Positions 41,442 to 51,400 of a DNA stretch of 64,000 bases are shown one piece after another (positions within the stretch are counted from its first letter, which is position 1; every line of letters starts with the position of its first letter). The stretch is from Vulcanimicrobiota bacterium (GTDB lineage Bacteria > Vulcanimicrobiota > Vulcanimicrobiia > Vulcanimicrobiales > Vulcanimicrobiaceae), in the NCBI GenBank assembly GCA_963777315.1, contig CAVZQC010000002.1, positions 64,001-128,000 on the forward strand. Reading direction: 5' to 3'. Both the position numbers and the translations under genes were made by a program. A model generated the notes under the pieces. That model had not been told where the DNA came from. It saw only the letters and a list, made by a program, of their open reading frames with translations, and made no database searches.

Positions 41442-42929
41442 ATGCGGATCTTCACCGCTGCGATCGTGACCGAGACCAACACGTTTTCACCAATTCCAAC
41501 GGGATGGCAAGCGTTTTCGCAGCACGGTATCCAGCACGGTCGCCATGCCCGGGTAGAGCCTACGTCCGAGTTTGCCACCATGGTGCGCTGGCGGGAGCTG
41601 GCGCAGATGGAAGGGCACACGATCGTCGAGAGCGTGGCGGCGGCGGCCGAGCCAGCGGGCCCAACGCTGCAACCGGTTTATGAATCGCTGCGGGACGAGC
41701 TGCTCGAAGATCTCCAGCACGCTCTGCCGGTCGACGTCGTATTGCTCTATCTGCACGGCGCCATGGTGGCGCAGGGATATGACGATTGCGAGGGCGACAT
41801 CCTTGCTCGCGTACGCGCAATAGCCGGGATAAAGACGATCCTGGCAGCTGAACTGGATTTGCACGCGCATCTGACGCCGCAAATGCTCGCGGCGTCGACG
41901 CTGGTGATCGCGTATAACGAATATCCGCACACCGATATCGTGGAGCGCGGCGAGGCGCTGTATTGCATGAGCGTAGCAGCTGCGCGTGGAGCGATCCGTC
42001 CCGTCATGGCGGCGTTCGATTGCAAAATGAGCGGCATCTTTCCGACGGAGACCGCGCCGATGAGGGCACTGCTTGGCGAAATGCGCGCAGCAGAATGCGG
42101 CGGCGTGCTTTCGCTGAGTCTGGTTCACGGGTTCCCGTGGGGCGACGTGGCGCACGCCGGCGCCAAGTTTCTTGCCGTCGCCGACGGCGACGCCGATCTC
42201 GCGCGTTCGACGGCGACGCGATTCGGGCTCGCGTTTTGGGACATTCGCGAGCGAGCGCAAATCCAAGCTCATTCGATCGACGGGGCGCTGGATGCAGCAC
42301 TTTTGGCCGCCGCCGGACCGGTGGTATTGGCGGATGCCGGCGACAATGCTGGCGGAGGCGCTCCCGGCGATGCCACACATGTGCTTCGCCGCGTGCTCGA
42401 ACGCAACGTGAAGAACGTGGTCAGCGGCGTGTACTACGATCCCGGCGCGGTTCAAATATGTTTTGAGGCGGGAGAAAGCGCCGTCATCGATTTGCGTTGC
42501 GGAGGAAAACTCGGTGCCGCATCGGGCATGCCGCTCGACTTGAGGGTGACCGTACGCAAGCTGTGCGAGCATCACTCGCAAGATTCGATGGACGATTCTC
42601 AGCCGGTTCCATTCGGGCGCGCTGCTTGGGTGGAAGCGGACGGCGTACATCTGGTACTCGCTTCCATTCGGGGCCAAGTGTTCGCCCCCAATGCTTTTAC
42701 CAATCTCGGCATTCCAATTGACCTGGCGCGGATCGTCGTGGTGAAATCCTCACACCATTTTTGGGGGAAGTTCGCGCCGATCGCGACCCAGATGTTTCAT
42801 CTATCGAGCCCCGGAGCGCTCCCACTCGATTTCGCAACCATCGACTACAAGAAGCGTGAACTGGACTATTGGCCGCGCGTTGCCGACCCATTGGGTCGAC
42901 TGCGAGAGCCCTGCGCCGGTAGCGGGTAA
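41442..42929 (+). CDS. M81-family metallopeptidase (MlrC-like)
   Basis: ETNTFSP, LHGAM, LDLHAH, YPHTD, DNAGGG, KSSHHF. Confidence 0.92.
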   Translation: MRIFTAAIVTETNTFSPIPTGWQAFSQHGIQHGRHARVEPTSEFATMVRWRELAQMEGHTIVESVAAAAEPAGPTLQPVYESLRDELLEDLQHALPVDVVLLYLHGAMVAQGYDDCEGDILARVRAIAGIKTILAAELDLHAHLTPQMLAASTLVIAYNEYPHTDIVERGEALYCMSVAAARGAIRPVMAAFDCKMSGIFPTETAPMRALLGEMRAAECGGVLSLSLVHGFPWGDVAHAGAKFLAVADGDADLARSTATRFGLAFWDIRERAQIQAHSIDGALDAALLAAAGPVVLADAGDNAGGGAPGDATHVLRRVLERNVKNVVSGVYYDPGAVQICFEAGESAVIDLRCGGKLGAASGMPLDLRVTVRKLCEHHSQDSMDDSQPVPFGRAAWVEADGVHLVLASIRGQVFAPNAFTNLGIPIDLARIVVVKSSHHFWGKFAPIATQMFHLSSPGALPLDFATIDYKKRELDYWPRVADPLGRLREPCAGSG

Positions 42930-42938
42930 AATGCGCCA

Positions 42939-43154
42939 ATGGAACGGCGCTTCAAAGTCGGCGATCATGTGAGCTGGAATTCGGAAGCCGGGCGCGTCAG
43001 CGGGACCATCATCAAAGTGATCACGTCCGCTACTGAATTCAAGGGCTACACCAGGCATGCGACGCCAGCCGAGCCGCAGTACGAAATCAAAAGCGATAAG
43101 ACCGATCACATCGCGATGCACAAGGGGTCGGCTCTACGCCGGCTGGCGCCGTAG
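42939..43154 (+). CDS. DUF2945 small Tudor-like protein
   Basis: FKVGDHVSWNSEAG...PQYEIKSDKTDHIAMHKGSAL. Confidence 0.85.
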   Translation: MERRFKVGDHVSWNSEAGRVSGTIIKVITSATEFKGYTRHATPAEPQYEIKSDKTDHIAMHKGSALRRLAP

Positions 43155-43211
43155 CGACCTGCCGCATTCGTTTGCAGCAAGGCGTCGCCCAAGACCGTCG
43201 AACGTCACCGC

Positions 43212-43952
43212 ATGGAAACTACTGCACAGTGGCCGACCTTTCGATCGCCCTTGCGAGCGCGCCGGCAGGTCGCCGAGGGAACGATGGCTTTCGAGTTTGC
43301 CAAGCCCTCCGACTGGACGTTCGTCGCCGGACAATTCATCGACATCACGCTGCTCGATCCGCTCCAAACCGACAAAGAAGGGAACACCAGAGGGTTTTCC
43401 GTCGCGAGTGCACCGTACGAAGAAAACATTATGATCGCTACGCGCACGCGAGACACGGCGTTCAAACGCGTGCTCAAATCCGAACTCTTAGGGACGGAGG
43501 CGAAAATTGAGGGGCCGTTTGGAGGTCTGACGCTGCACGAGGACGCTACACGGCCGGCCGTTTTTCTCACCGGCGGCATCGGCGTAACGACTTTTCGCAG
43601 CATCGTTTTCCAAGCGGCGCACGAAAAACTTGCTCACCGCATCGTGTTGTTCTATTCCAACCGCCGGCCTGAGGACGCGGCTTTTTTAGCCGAGCTGCAA
43701 TCGCTGCAGGAAACGAATCCCAACTACACGCTCGTTGCGACGATGACGGACATGAAGGACTCAAAACAAGCCTGGTCCGGGGAAACCCGGAGACTCGATG
43801 CTCAAATGTTGGCGACCTACTCCGACGCCACCAAAAACGGGATCTATTACATCACCGGGCCGCCCGGCATGGTGCAGGGATTGCAAACGGTGCTTTCCGG
43901 AATCGGCGTCGCCGGCGATGACGTCCGCGTAGAGGAATATACCGGCTACTAG
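43212..43952 (+). CDS. Ferredoxin-NADP reductase-like FAD/NAD oxidoreductase
   Basis: AGQF, RGFSVAS, EGPFG, GGIGVT, TGPPGM. Confidence 0.88.
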   Translation: METTAQWPTFRSPLRARRQVAEGTMAFEFAKPSDWTFVAGQFIDITLLDPLQTDKEGNTRGFSVASAPYEENIMIATRTRDTAFKRVLKSELLGTEAKIEGPFGGLTLHEDATRPAVFLTGGIGVTTFRSIVFQAAHEKLAHRIVLFYSNRRPEDAAFLAELQSLQETNPNYTLVATMTDMKDSKQAWSGETRRLDAQMLATYSDATKNGIYYITGPPGMVQGLQTVLSGIGVAGDDVRVEEYTGY

Positions 43953-44175
43953 ACGGTGCAATGCAGTAGCTGGCGACGAAAATATTTAGCGAATCGGAAC
44001 GAGGGAGCGATTGAGACACGATTTCATAACGAAGTGACGGGATGACGGCAGTGAACATCTGTGGCACGGGTACCCCGATGAATGCTTTGCGCTGACGTCG
44101 TTCGCGGACTCCCTTGTAGCACACGTTCTGCTCAACGGCGGGTGGTGGATTCAGCAACCCATTACCGTAGTCCGA

Positions 44176-45129
44176 ATGGCGTTCGTAGTTGATTTCGTCT
44201 CCACGCATGAAGCGCAAGCCGACGCATCAATTCAGCATGGCTGGAACGGCGCCTGGGAGCTCCCGATGGGCGTCGCCAACACCGTGTATAGCCGGACGGA
44301 AGTGAACGAACAGAACGCCCGAATCGAGCGGCACATATCCGTCATAGCCACCGCGATGACGCATGAGTTCTTCCATAAGACGATCGGCGAGAAGCTGCTG
44401 GATGCCCACTCCTGCCCGGACAAGGAGCACTGCACTATATGTAAAGGGAGATCGCCACGGGGCCTAGCGGACGTGTTTCAATTACTCTCGGCCGGCACGG
44501 ATCAGCCGGACGTACATCTCTTTTCACGATGGACGCCAAGCAAAGATTTGACGGCGATATTAAAGGCCGATGGAGTCAATATCGTACACCACGATTTGAG
44601 CGACATCCCGGTCGCCGATCTCGAGGCCAATCGAGCATATCATATCTGGGATGGCACCGAGAATCAGGGTCACGAGTTCCGAGAGGCAGTTTGGGCGCCC
44701 GCGTGGCGTAAGCAACTCGTTTATGGCAAGGCTCTAGGCGGACTGTTGTTCCTCACTCGCCTTGAGGCGCAGGATCTGGCGCAGTTCAATGAGCTGCGCG
44801 GCGTAGTAAAAACCTGGGGCGAGTTCCGCCGCCGCGTGTCGCCGCGAATCTTGGCAAGGATCACCGGTGGCGTCGCCGATGCGATACCCGACAGTGATCC
44901 GTTTGCGGATCACGATCCCAAGTCGGACTATTGGCCCTTTCCAAACAGCGATCAACTCGACTTTCTCCCAAAGGATGTTGTCGAACTCGGTGAAGTCACC
45001 GACACAGGGGAGGGCGACAGGTTAGACTTGCCGATCGACAAGGAAGCCGAGATCGTAAAGCGCCTTCGCTGCCACGGGTTCGAAGTCGAGCGCGACGATG
45101 CGCTCGTCCGCGCAGCGGCTGATTGCTGA
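44176..45129 (+). CDS. Hypothetical protein with HExxH and a Cys cluster
   Basis: 317-aa ORF with atypical codon usage; THEFFH and HSCPDKEHCTIC. Confidence 0.6.
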   Translation: MAFVVDFVSTHEAQADASIQHGWNGAWELPMGVANTVYSRTEVNEQNARIERHISVIATAMTHEFFHKTIGEKLLDAHSCPDKEHCTICKGRSPRGLADVFQLLSAGTDQPDVHLFSRWTPSKDLTAILKADGVNIVHHDLSDIPVADLEANRAYHIWDGTENQGHEFREAVWAPAWRKQLVYGKALGGLLFLTRLEAQDLAQFNELRGVVKTWGEFRRRVSPRILARITGGVADAIPDSDPFADHDPKSDYWPFPNSDQLDFLPKDVVELGEVTDTGEGDRLDLPIDKEAEIVKRLRCHGFEVERDDALVRAAADC

Positions 45130-45201
45130 TACCGGGCGGCGCGGAGCCGAATTGCCGGCGTGACGAGGGGGGATCTCGCTCGCGAAGGCCTGCTCCCCGC
45201 G

Positions 45202-45465
45202 TTAACGCCACTTGTTTCCCAGAGCTCCGATGTCCGAACGACCCAGGTCCGCAGTCATCGCGACTCGGAAACGAGTCTTCGCATTGAAGGTCAGGAAAAA
45301 CGGCTCCGCAAAGCGCGGAACGTCGGAAGGATCGTTGAGATTGATGACGAGCACCGCGCCGCGGCAGCCATCGTACTCCGAAAAGTAGGCGGCTTCGGGT
45401 TTGATGTCCGAATTTTCTGGATTTTGTCCCCGGCACTTCCATCCCGGACATTGACTGCGTTGGGC
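45202..45465 (-). pseudogene. Degraded small DUF3303/GYD-like protein
   Basis: C-terminal KPEAAYFSEYDGCRGAVLV...AEPFFLTFNA is intact. Upstream VRDGSAGDKIQKI lies in another frame (shift near 45410) and no start codon is present. Confidence 0.6.
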
Positions 45466-45538
45466 GCTCGGTGAGTCGTCGCGGATCAAGTCCCCTGGCT
45501 ATGAGTCGTTACCGCTTCCGGCATTGCGGCTATGACCG

Positions 45539-46930
45539 TTACGTAGGTTTGATGTTTTGGTTGATCCGGAATAGATTTTCCGGGTCGTATTTCGCCTTTA
45601 TCCGTGTGAGGCGTGGATAGTTATCCCGGTACGCAGCTTGTACGAACGTTTCGCCTTCATCCATGACCATATTAACGTAGGCGCCTCCCGCCGCGTAGGG
45701 ATGGAGTGCAGACCAATAGTCCCTCGCCCATTGCACGAGCATCTCCTTGCCTGAAGGATCGGGATCCACGCCGACGATGACTTCGGCGAAATTTGCGTCG
45801 CGAAAGCTCCACGCCGTATCCGATCGGCCGACGCGATGCGCCGCACCGTTGACGGGATAAAGGTGCATGGAGGAGTGCATACTCGGAAGACTGTCGGCGT
45901 ATTTGACGTGCAGGTCGATAGCGGCTTGGGGGAGATCGCGAAAGAAGTCCGCCTTCCAATACCAATATAATCCGGGCGGATAGAGCGGGTCGAACATGCT
46001 TTGCAGCGCCTGGAACGGGATGGGTCCGGCAAAATCCATGATCGGCGGTGCAAACGCCCGCACCGGTCGCAAGGCAGCCTCGGCGCCGGCGAGGTCGCCC
46101 GTGTAACACCAGACCGTCACGCACATCTTCTTGAGATGGTGTTCGGCGGGAAACGGCGGCGTCGGCGGCACTGTCACGAACCCGAACCATCCATTGAGAT
46201 CTTCCGTTGCGTTCAAGATGAAGTCTTTCCACTTGCGAAGCACCAGTGCGCTTTGCTCGAGCGGCCAGAAAATCGGCCCGCCGTATACAGTCTGCACAAA
46301 GTTGCCCCTGAACAGAAACGACGTAACGACTCCAAAGTTTCCGCCGCCGCCGCGGATCGCCCAAAAGAGATCGGGATTCTCATCCTCGCTCGCTCGAACG
46401 AAGCTCCCGTCGGCGAGAACCAGGTCCGCACTCAAGAGGTTATCTATCGTCAACCCATAGCGTCTCGTCAAGTATCCGATTCCGCCCCCGAGAGTAAGTC
46501 CCCCGACGCCGGTGCTTGAGATGAAGCCGCTCGGCACGGCGAGCCCAAACGCGTGCGTCGCATGATCCACGTCGCCCCAGACGCAGCCACCCTCAACCCG
46601 AATGGTGCGCTTCTCAGGGTGCACGCGGACGCTTCGCATGCAAGACAGGTCGACGACGAGTCCGTCGTCGCAGGTGCATAGGCCCGGACCGCTGTGACCG
46701 CCTCCCCGCACCGCGAGCGGCAACCGGTGGTCGCGAGCGAACCCGACCGCTGCGATTACGTCGGCAACGTCGACGCACTTCGCAATCATTGCAGGGTGTC
46801 GATCGATCGCCCCGTTATACACGCGGCGGGCGGCTTCGTATGCGTTTTCAGCGCGCGTCAGCAAATCGCCCCGCATCTTCAAGCGCAGCTCCGTCGCACA
46901 TTCGTCAACGTTGGTCGTTGCGATGTTCAC
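45539..46930 (-). CDS. FAD-binding oxidoreductase, berberine bridge enzyme/VAO family
   Basis: VRGGGHS, TGVGGLTLGGG, DLFWAIRGGGGNFGVVT, KAKYDPENLF; GTG start overlaps the upstream stop. Confidence 0.92.
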   Translation of the reverse strand: MNIATTNVDECATELRLKMRGDLLTRAENAYEAARRVYNGAIDRHPAMIAKCVDVADVIAAVGFARDHRLPLAVRGGGHSGPGLCTCDDGLVVDLSCMRSVRVHPEKRTIRVEGGCVWGDVDHATHAFGLAVPSGFISSTGVGGLTLGGGIGYLTRRYGLTIDNLLSADLVLADGSFVRASEDENPDLFWAIRGGGGNFGVVTSFLFRGNFVQTVYGGPIFWPLEQSALVLRKWKDFILNATEDLNGWFGFVTVPPTPPFPAEHHLKKMCVTVWCYTGDLAGAEAALRPVRAFAPPIMDFAGPIPFQALQSMFDPLYPPGLYWYWKADFFRDLPQAAIDLHVKYADSLPSMHSSMHLYPVNGAAHRVGRSDTAWSFRDANFAEVIVGVDPDPSGKEMLVQWARDYWSALHPYAAGGAYVNMVMDEGETFVQAAYRDNYPRLTRIKAKYDPENLFRINQNIKPT

Positions 46931-47706
46931 TATGTTCCGGAAAACGCCGGCGGAAGCCAAACAGGGTGCGCCACGATCAGTACCGCCCAGAGGATCAGTG
47001 CAATGCCGATGGCAGGAACGGCGCGTTTGCCGTATGCGCCGATTTTTTCGTACACCATAAGCGCCGTGAGGGCGGCCATCCACCACAGGTTAGCAAAGCC
47101 CGCGGCAAATGCGATCAGCATAAGCGCCCAGCAACAGCCCAGGCAGAATAAACCGTGATGGCGGCCAAGCGCAAAAGCAGCGCCCACTCCACGGCGATAA
47201 TGATGCAGAAGAAACATTCCCGGCAGCCGGCATTTGCTCAGGCACGCATCCTTGAGCGTTGAGAATTGGAACGCGCCTGCCAGCGCTAGAACGCCGGCGG
47301 AAATGAGCCAGTGATGCGCTGCCAGCCAGCCCCAACGATCGACGAGGCGATGTACCATCACGTCGCCCGCGAAGGCCGCCACGCCGAAGGCACTCCAAAC
47401 CGCGGCATACCCGCTCAAGAAGGCAGCCATGACCGCGCTGCGGCGTGGCTGGCTGTGAGACGTAGCGGCAAACATCCTGATTAACGGCAAGCTCGACGGC
47501 AGCATCATTGCCGCTATCATCGCTTGCCACGCGACAACGAAGAGCAAAAGGGCTATCCAAAGCGGCAAACCGCCCTCGATCAATGTATCGTGATGCAGTA
47601 GCATCCCGGATCCGCTGACTTGGCCGACGGCCGCGATCACCCACGCAACCGCGATGGCGACCACGACCGGTGAAGAGATCCGGCCCGCGCGAGCGTACTC
47701 GATCAT
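46930..47706 (-). CDS. DUF2182 predicted metal-binding integral membrane protein
   Basis: AAMMLPS, KDACLSKCR, FCLGCCWALM. Confidence 0.9.
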   Translation of the reverse strand: MIEYARAGRISSPVVVAIAVAWVIAAVGQVSGSGMLLHHDTLIEGGLPLWIALLLFVVAWQAMIAAMMLPSSLPLIRMFAATSHSQPRRSAVMAAFLSGYAAVWSAFGVAAFAGDVMVHRLVDRWGWLAAHHWLISAGVLALAGAFQFSTLKDACLSKCRLPGMFLLHHYRRGVGAAFALGRHHGLFCLGCCWALMLIAFAAGFANLWWMAALTALMVYEKIGAYGKRAVPAIGIALILWAVLIVAHPVWLPPAFSGT

Positions 47707-47709
47707 ATG

Positions 47710-48378
47710 CTAGCCGGAAAAGTCGATGACGTAGTCGCCTTGGATCGCGTTGCGTCCCTCGAAGGCCCACACCATTCCGTACTGCGGGATGTTGACGCGA
47801 TTCTTTTTCGCCTTTGCCACGTATGCCGGTGATCCGGGTATCGTCGAAAACACGGAATCGCGTAGCGTGGTGACGGATCCGTCGGGGCCGCGATACGGTT
47901 CCATTTCCGAATCGATGAAGTTGCCGACTTTGAGCGTGCCGGTGCCTTCTCTGACTTGGTGGGAAATCGGTACGCGCTCTACTGCGGAAACTTCCCCGAC
48001 GAGTTGCGCGAGGTCCGCAAGCGGTCCGCCAAGCTTGCCGAAATACGCGTCTTGCAATGCTTGGAATTGTGCGTCCGTGGCGCGATCGTCGACGAGCACC
48101 AGAACCTTCCAGGTCTTGGGCTTAAGGACGTTGCCGGGAATTTTGCACACGTTGACCATTGAAAGGCCGCTGACGCCGACGCCGTCGATCGTGCCTCTGT
48201 CGAAATGATAGGCAACGAACGCATCGCACGTGCCTTTGTCCGGGTCCTCGCCAATCCAGCACGGGCACAGCACGTTGCACGAGCATGCCTCGAGCAACGT
48301 GCCTTGAAGGCTGTATAGGGTGCCTTGCGTTTGCGTCTTGGCTTGGACGGTCGCTCCCGATTGCTGCGTCATAGGCAT
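47710..48378 (-). CDS. DUF1326 family protein
   Basis: LEACSCNVLCPCW...C, VDDRATDAQ, GKLGGP. Confidence 0.9.
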   Translation of the reverse strand: MPMTQQSGATVQAKTQTQGTLYSLQGTLLEACSCNVLCPCWIGEDPDKGTCDAFVAYHFDRGTIDGVGVSGLSMVNVCKIPGNVLKPKTWKVLVLVDDRATDAQFQALQDAYFGKLGGPLADLAQLVGEVSAVERVPISHQVREGTGTLKVGNFIDSEMEPYRGPDGSVTTLRDSVFSTIPGSPAYVAKAKKNRVNIPQYGMVWAFEGRNAIQGDYVIDFSG

Positions 48379-48422
48379 AACTGTTGTACCTCTCTGTTGA
48401 GCTGGGCAAGTCTGAGGAACCC

Positions 48423-48455
48423 AGCATAACGCCGCACCGTTAGCGAATCGTTAGC
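48423..48455 (-). promoter_or_regulatory. Putative SARP-type activated promoter of the DUF1326 operon
   Basis: GCTAACG heptamers at 48455-48449 and 48444-48438 (4-nt spacer), 9 nt, then TATGCT. Confidence 0.65.
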
Positions 48456-51400
48456 TCGGCACGGTCCGCCAACAATGACCGCGCCCTCATCAGGTCCGGC
48501 GTATCGAACCCTTCCGTGAACGATTCCAGCGTCCGCCGAAGCCGCCGGTTCGACTCCTCGGCCATCGGCGACGAACGCCAGAGCCGCGCGACGCTCAGCG
48601 CCGCACGCAGTTCGAGCGATTTTGCTTGCTGCGCACGCGCGATCTCTAAGGCGCGCCGGTATGCCGCGCCGGCTTCGTTCGTGCCGGCCCCGCGCTCGAT
48701 GAGGAGGTCCCCGCGCAGGCGGTGCAGTTCGGCGTCCCACCATCGCTCGCCGGTCTCACGGGCCGCGCCCAACGCCTCCTCGAGGACAACGAGCCCCCGA
48801 TCCGGCTCGTGCGCTCGTTGACAGACGTCGGCGAGCAGAGCCAAGTAGTACGACAAGCGCATTCGAGCTCCAGTACTCGTAAAGTGGTCGATCGCTTCGC
48901 GCACTTCTCCAATCGACTCCGCGCATGGCCGATCACACGCGGTTGCATAAGCGACCAGGATCGACGACCACGCGCGGTAATATGGGGCTTCGAACTGGTT
49001 GCTCAGGCGTAACGCATCCTCTGCTTGGTGCCGGAACGTCGAAGAATCGGCACGCAGTTGTTGCAGCAGGGCCAAGTACGTTGAGGCGATCACCTGATTG
49101 AACGGCTGCTTGAGCTCAAGAGCCAACCGCGTCGCTTCACTACATCGTTCAAGGGCCGTTTGCGGGCGACCAACGCACCAGAGCGCATGAGATTGCCACG
49201 CGCACGTGAGCACGCGATAGTTGAGGCCTTGCGAATCCTGCAGATGCTGAAGCTGCCGCGGGTCGAAATTGCCCAGCAGATCTTCCCACTCGGCGATTGC
49301 CTCATGGAACCGCCCGCGGGCCAGCTGCGCACCTACCATCATGGCGATCGCAGACAGTGGGCGCTCTCCGCCCGGCCCGTAACGTAAGAGATCGGCAATC
49401 TCGTCGGTAATCGCCTGCGCCCGGTCGTGCTTTCCTTGAACGATGTAGAGCGATTGCAGTCCGTGGAGCACTTGGCTGCGTTGCGGAAGGCTCCCGACCT
49501 TGTCGCTGAGCGCCAGCGCGCGATGGAGCACCTCTTCGAGCGCGGGCGTCGTCCAGCCGCTGGTGGTCCTCAGTATCGGTGCTCGCACGAGTTGCAACTC
49601 GAGTTCCCAAGAATCACGCTTCGAGCTTTCCGGCAATGCGAGGGCCAGCGCAAGGCCGCGCTCGGCCAGCACTTGTGCTTCACCGTTGGCGTACATGGAC
49701 TGTGCAGCGGCCGAAGCGCGAATGTAATACGGAATGGCCATTTCCGCTAAACCTGCTCGATCGAAGTGCCTGGCGATTTGCCCGCTCACCCTGTCCAGCT
49801 CGGGCCCGTCGGCGGCCTCCAGCGCGCGCGCGACGATCCGATGAAGCGAGCGTCGCTCCGGTGCGCTGATTCCTTCGTAGGCAACCTCGCGCAGCTTGTC
49901 GTGCGTAAAATCGTAGGTGTTTGCTTGCCGTTCGCGGAGTATTCGCTTCTGCCACAGCTCGTCGAGCGCGGCAATCAACTCGCGATCGCTGCAGCGTACC
50001 GTTTGTGCGAGGATCGAGGGGTTGAACGGGCGCGCCAGCGTCGCCGCCGCCGAGACGACTTGTCTTGCGATCTCCGAGAGTTGTGCAAGCCGACGCGCAA
50101 TAACGGCGTGAACGCGAGGTGGCAACGCGGAACGATTTGACGTTTCGTCGAGAGCACGTCCGCCGTCTGCGCGCATCATCTCGACGACGAAAAGTGGGTT
50201 GCCTTCCGTCTCCCCGTAGAGGCGCGTTGCCGCATCGGCATCGAAGGGGCGGCTCGCCACTTGCGACGCGAGTGCTACCGTCTCGTCGGGATTGAGCGGC
50301 TCGAGCGAGATTTCCGTCAGCGCCGATTCCTCGCTCAGCCGCAATTTGAAATCGTGCACGGCGTGCGATCGCGACAATTCCTCGGAACGAACGGTCCCGA
50401 CCACGAGCAGCGAAGCTGCGGCGTCGAACCGAAGCAGAAAATGCAGCCACTGAAGCGTTTCGAGGTCGCACCACTGCAGATCGTCGATGACGAGTAGCAG
50501 GGGCGACGGCGCGCTCATCACCGCGCGGGCCAATCCTTCAAAAAGCCGCCGGCGCTCTCCGAATGCCGGCGGGGGCGAGTCGCGCCGCTCCGTTGCCAAC
50601 TCGGGCACGACGCGTGAAACTTCCGCGAACCATACGTCTTCGAGCGTGTGGAGGTTCGAACGCAGCGCTTCGCTTCGAAGCAAATCCGTTACAGGGGCGA
50701 GGGCGAGCCGGCCTTCTGCGGCGTAGCAGCGCGTCGTCGCGGCGGCCAAACCTTGGCGGATTGCCCACGACACGAGTTCAGCTGCCAGTCGCGACTTGCC
50801 GATACCGGCCTCACCCGCGATCAACGCGAAGCGGGCGGTTCCCGACGCCGCCGCATCCCACGTTTTTCGAAGAACGAGCCACTCGTCGGCGCGGCCGACC
50901 AGCGGCGGAGAGGGCGCGTAACCGGGCCGAGCAGGCGCGCCGGTGTCGCCGGTCCGGTCTCCTTCCTGGATGCGACCGTGGAGGCGAAGCGTTTGTTCGC
51001 TGGGCTCAGCGTCGAACTCCCGCCGCAACGCCTCACGGCACTCGCGGAAGACGCGTAACGCCGCTATGCGATCGTCGCAAAGTGCGTGCAGGCGCATGAG
51101 GCAACGATAGGCTTCTTCATCGCTCGGATCGTGTCTGCGCCAGTGTTCGACATACGGGATAGCCGTCTCGTATTCGCGCGTCGCTTCCACACACTCCACG
51201 AGCTGTTGCACTGCTAGTTTGCATTGACGCGCCAAACGATCGCGCTCGGGCACAATCCAGTCGTCATAACAACTCGGAAGGAGCGGGCCGGCGCACAACT
51301 TCAGCGCGAGTTCGAGATTGGAGCGAGTGCGCGGCGTGTCACCGGACGATCGAGCCCGTCCGGCTTCCGCGATAGCTTCCTGGAAAGCGGTGGCGTCTGC

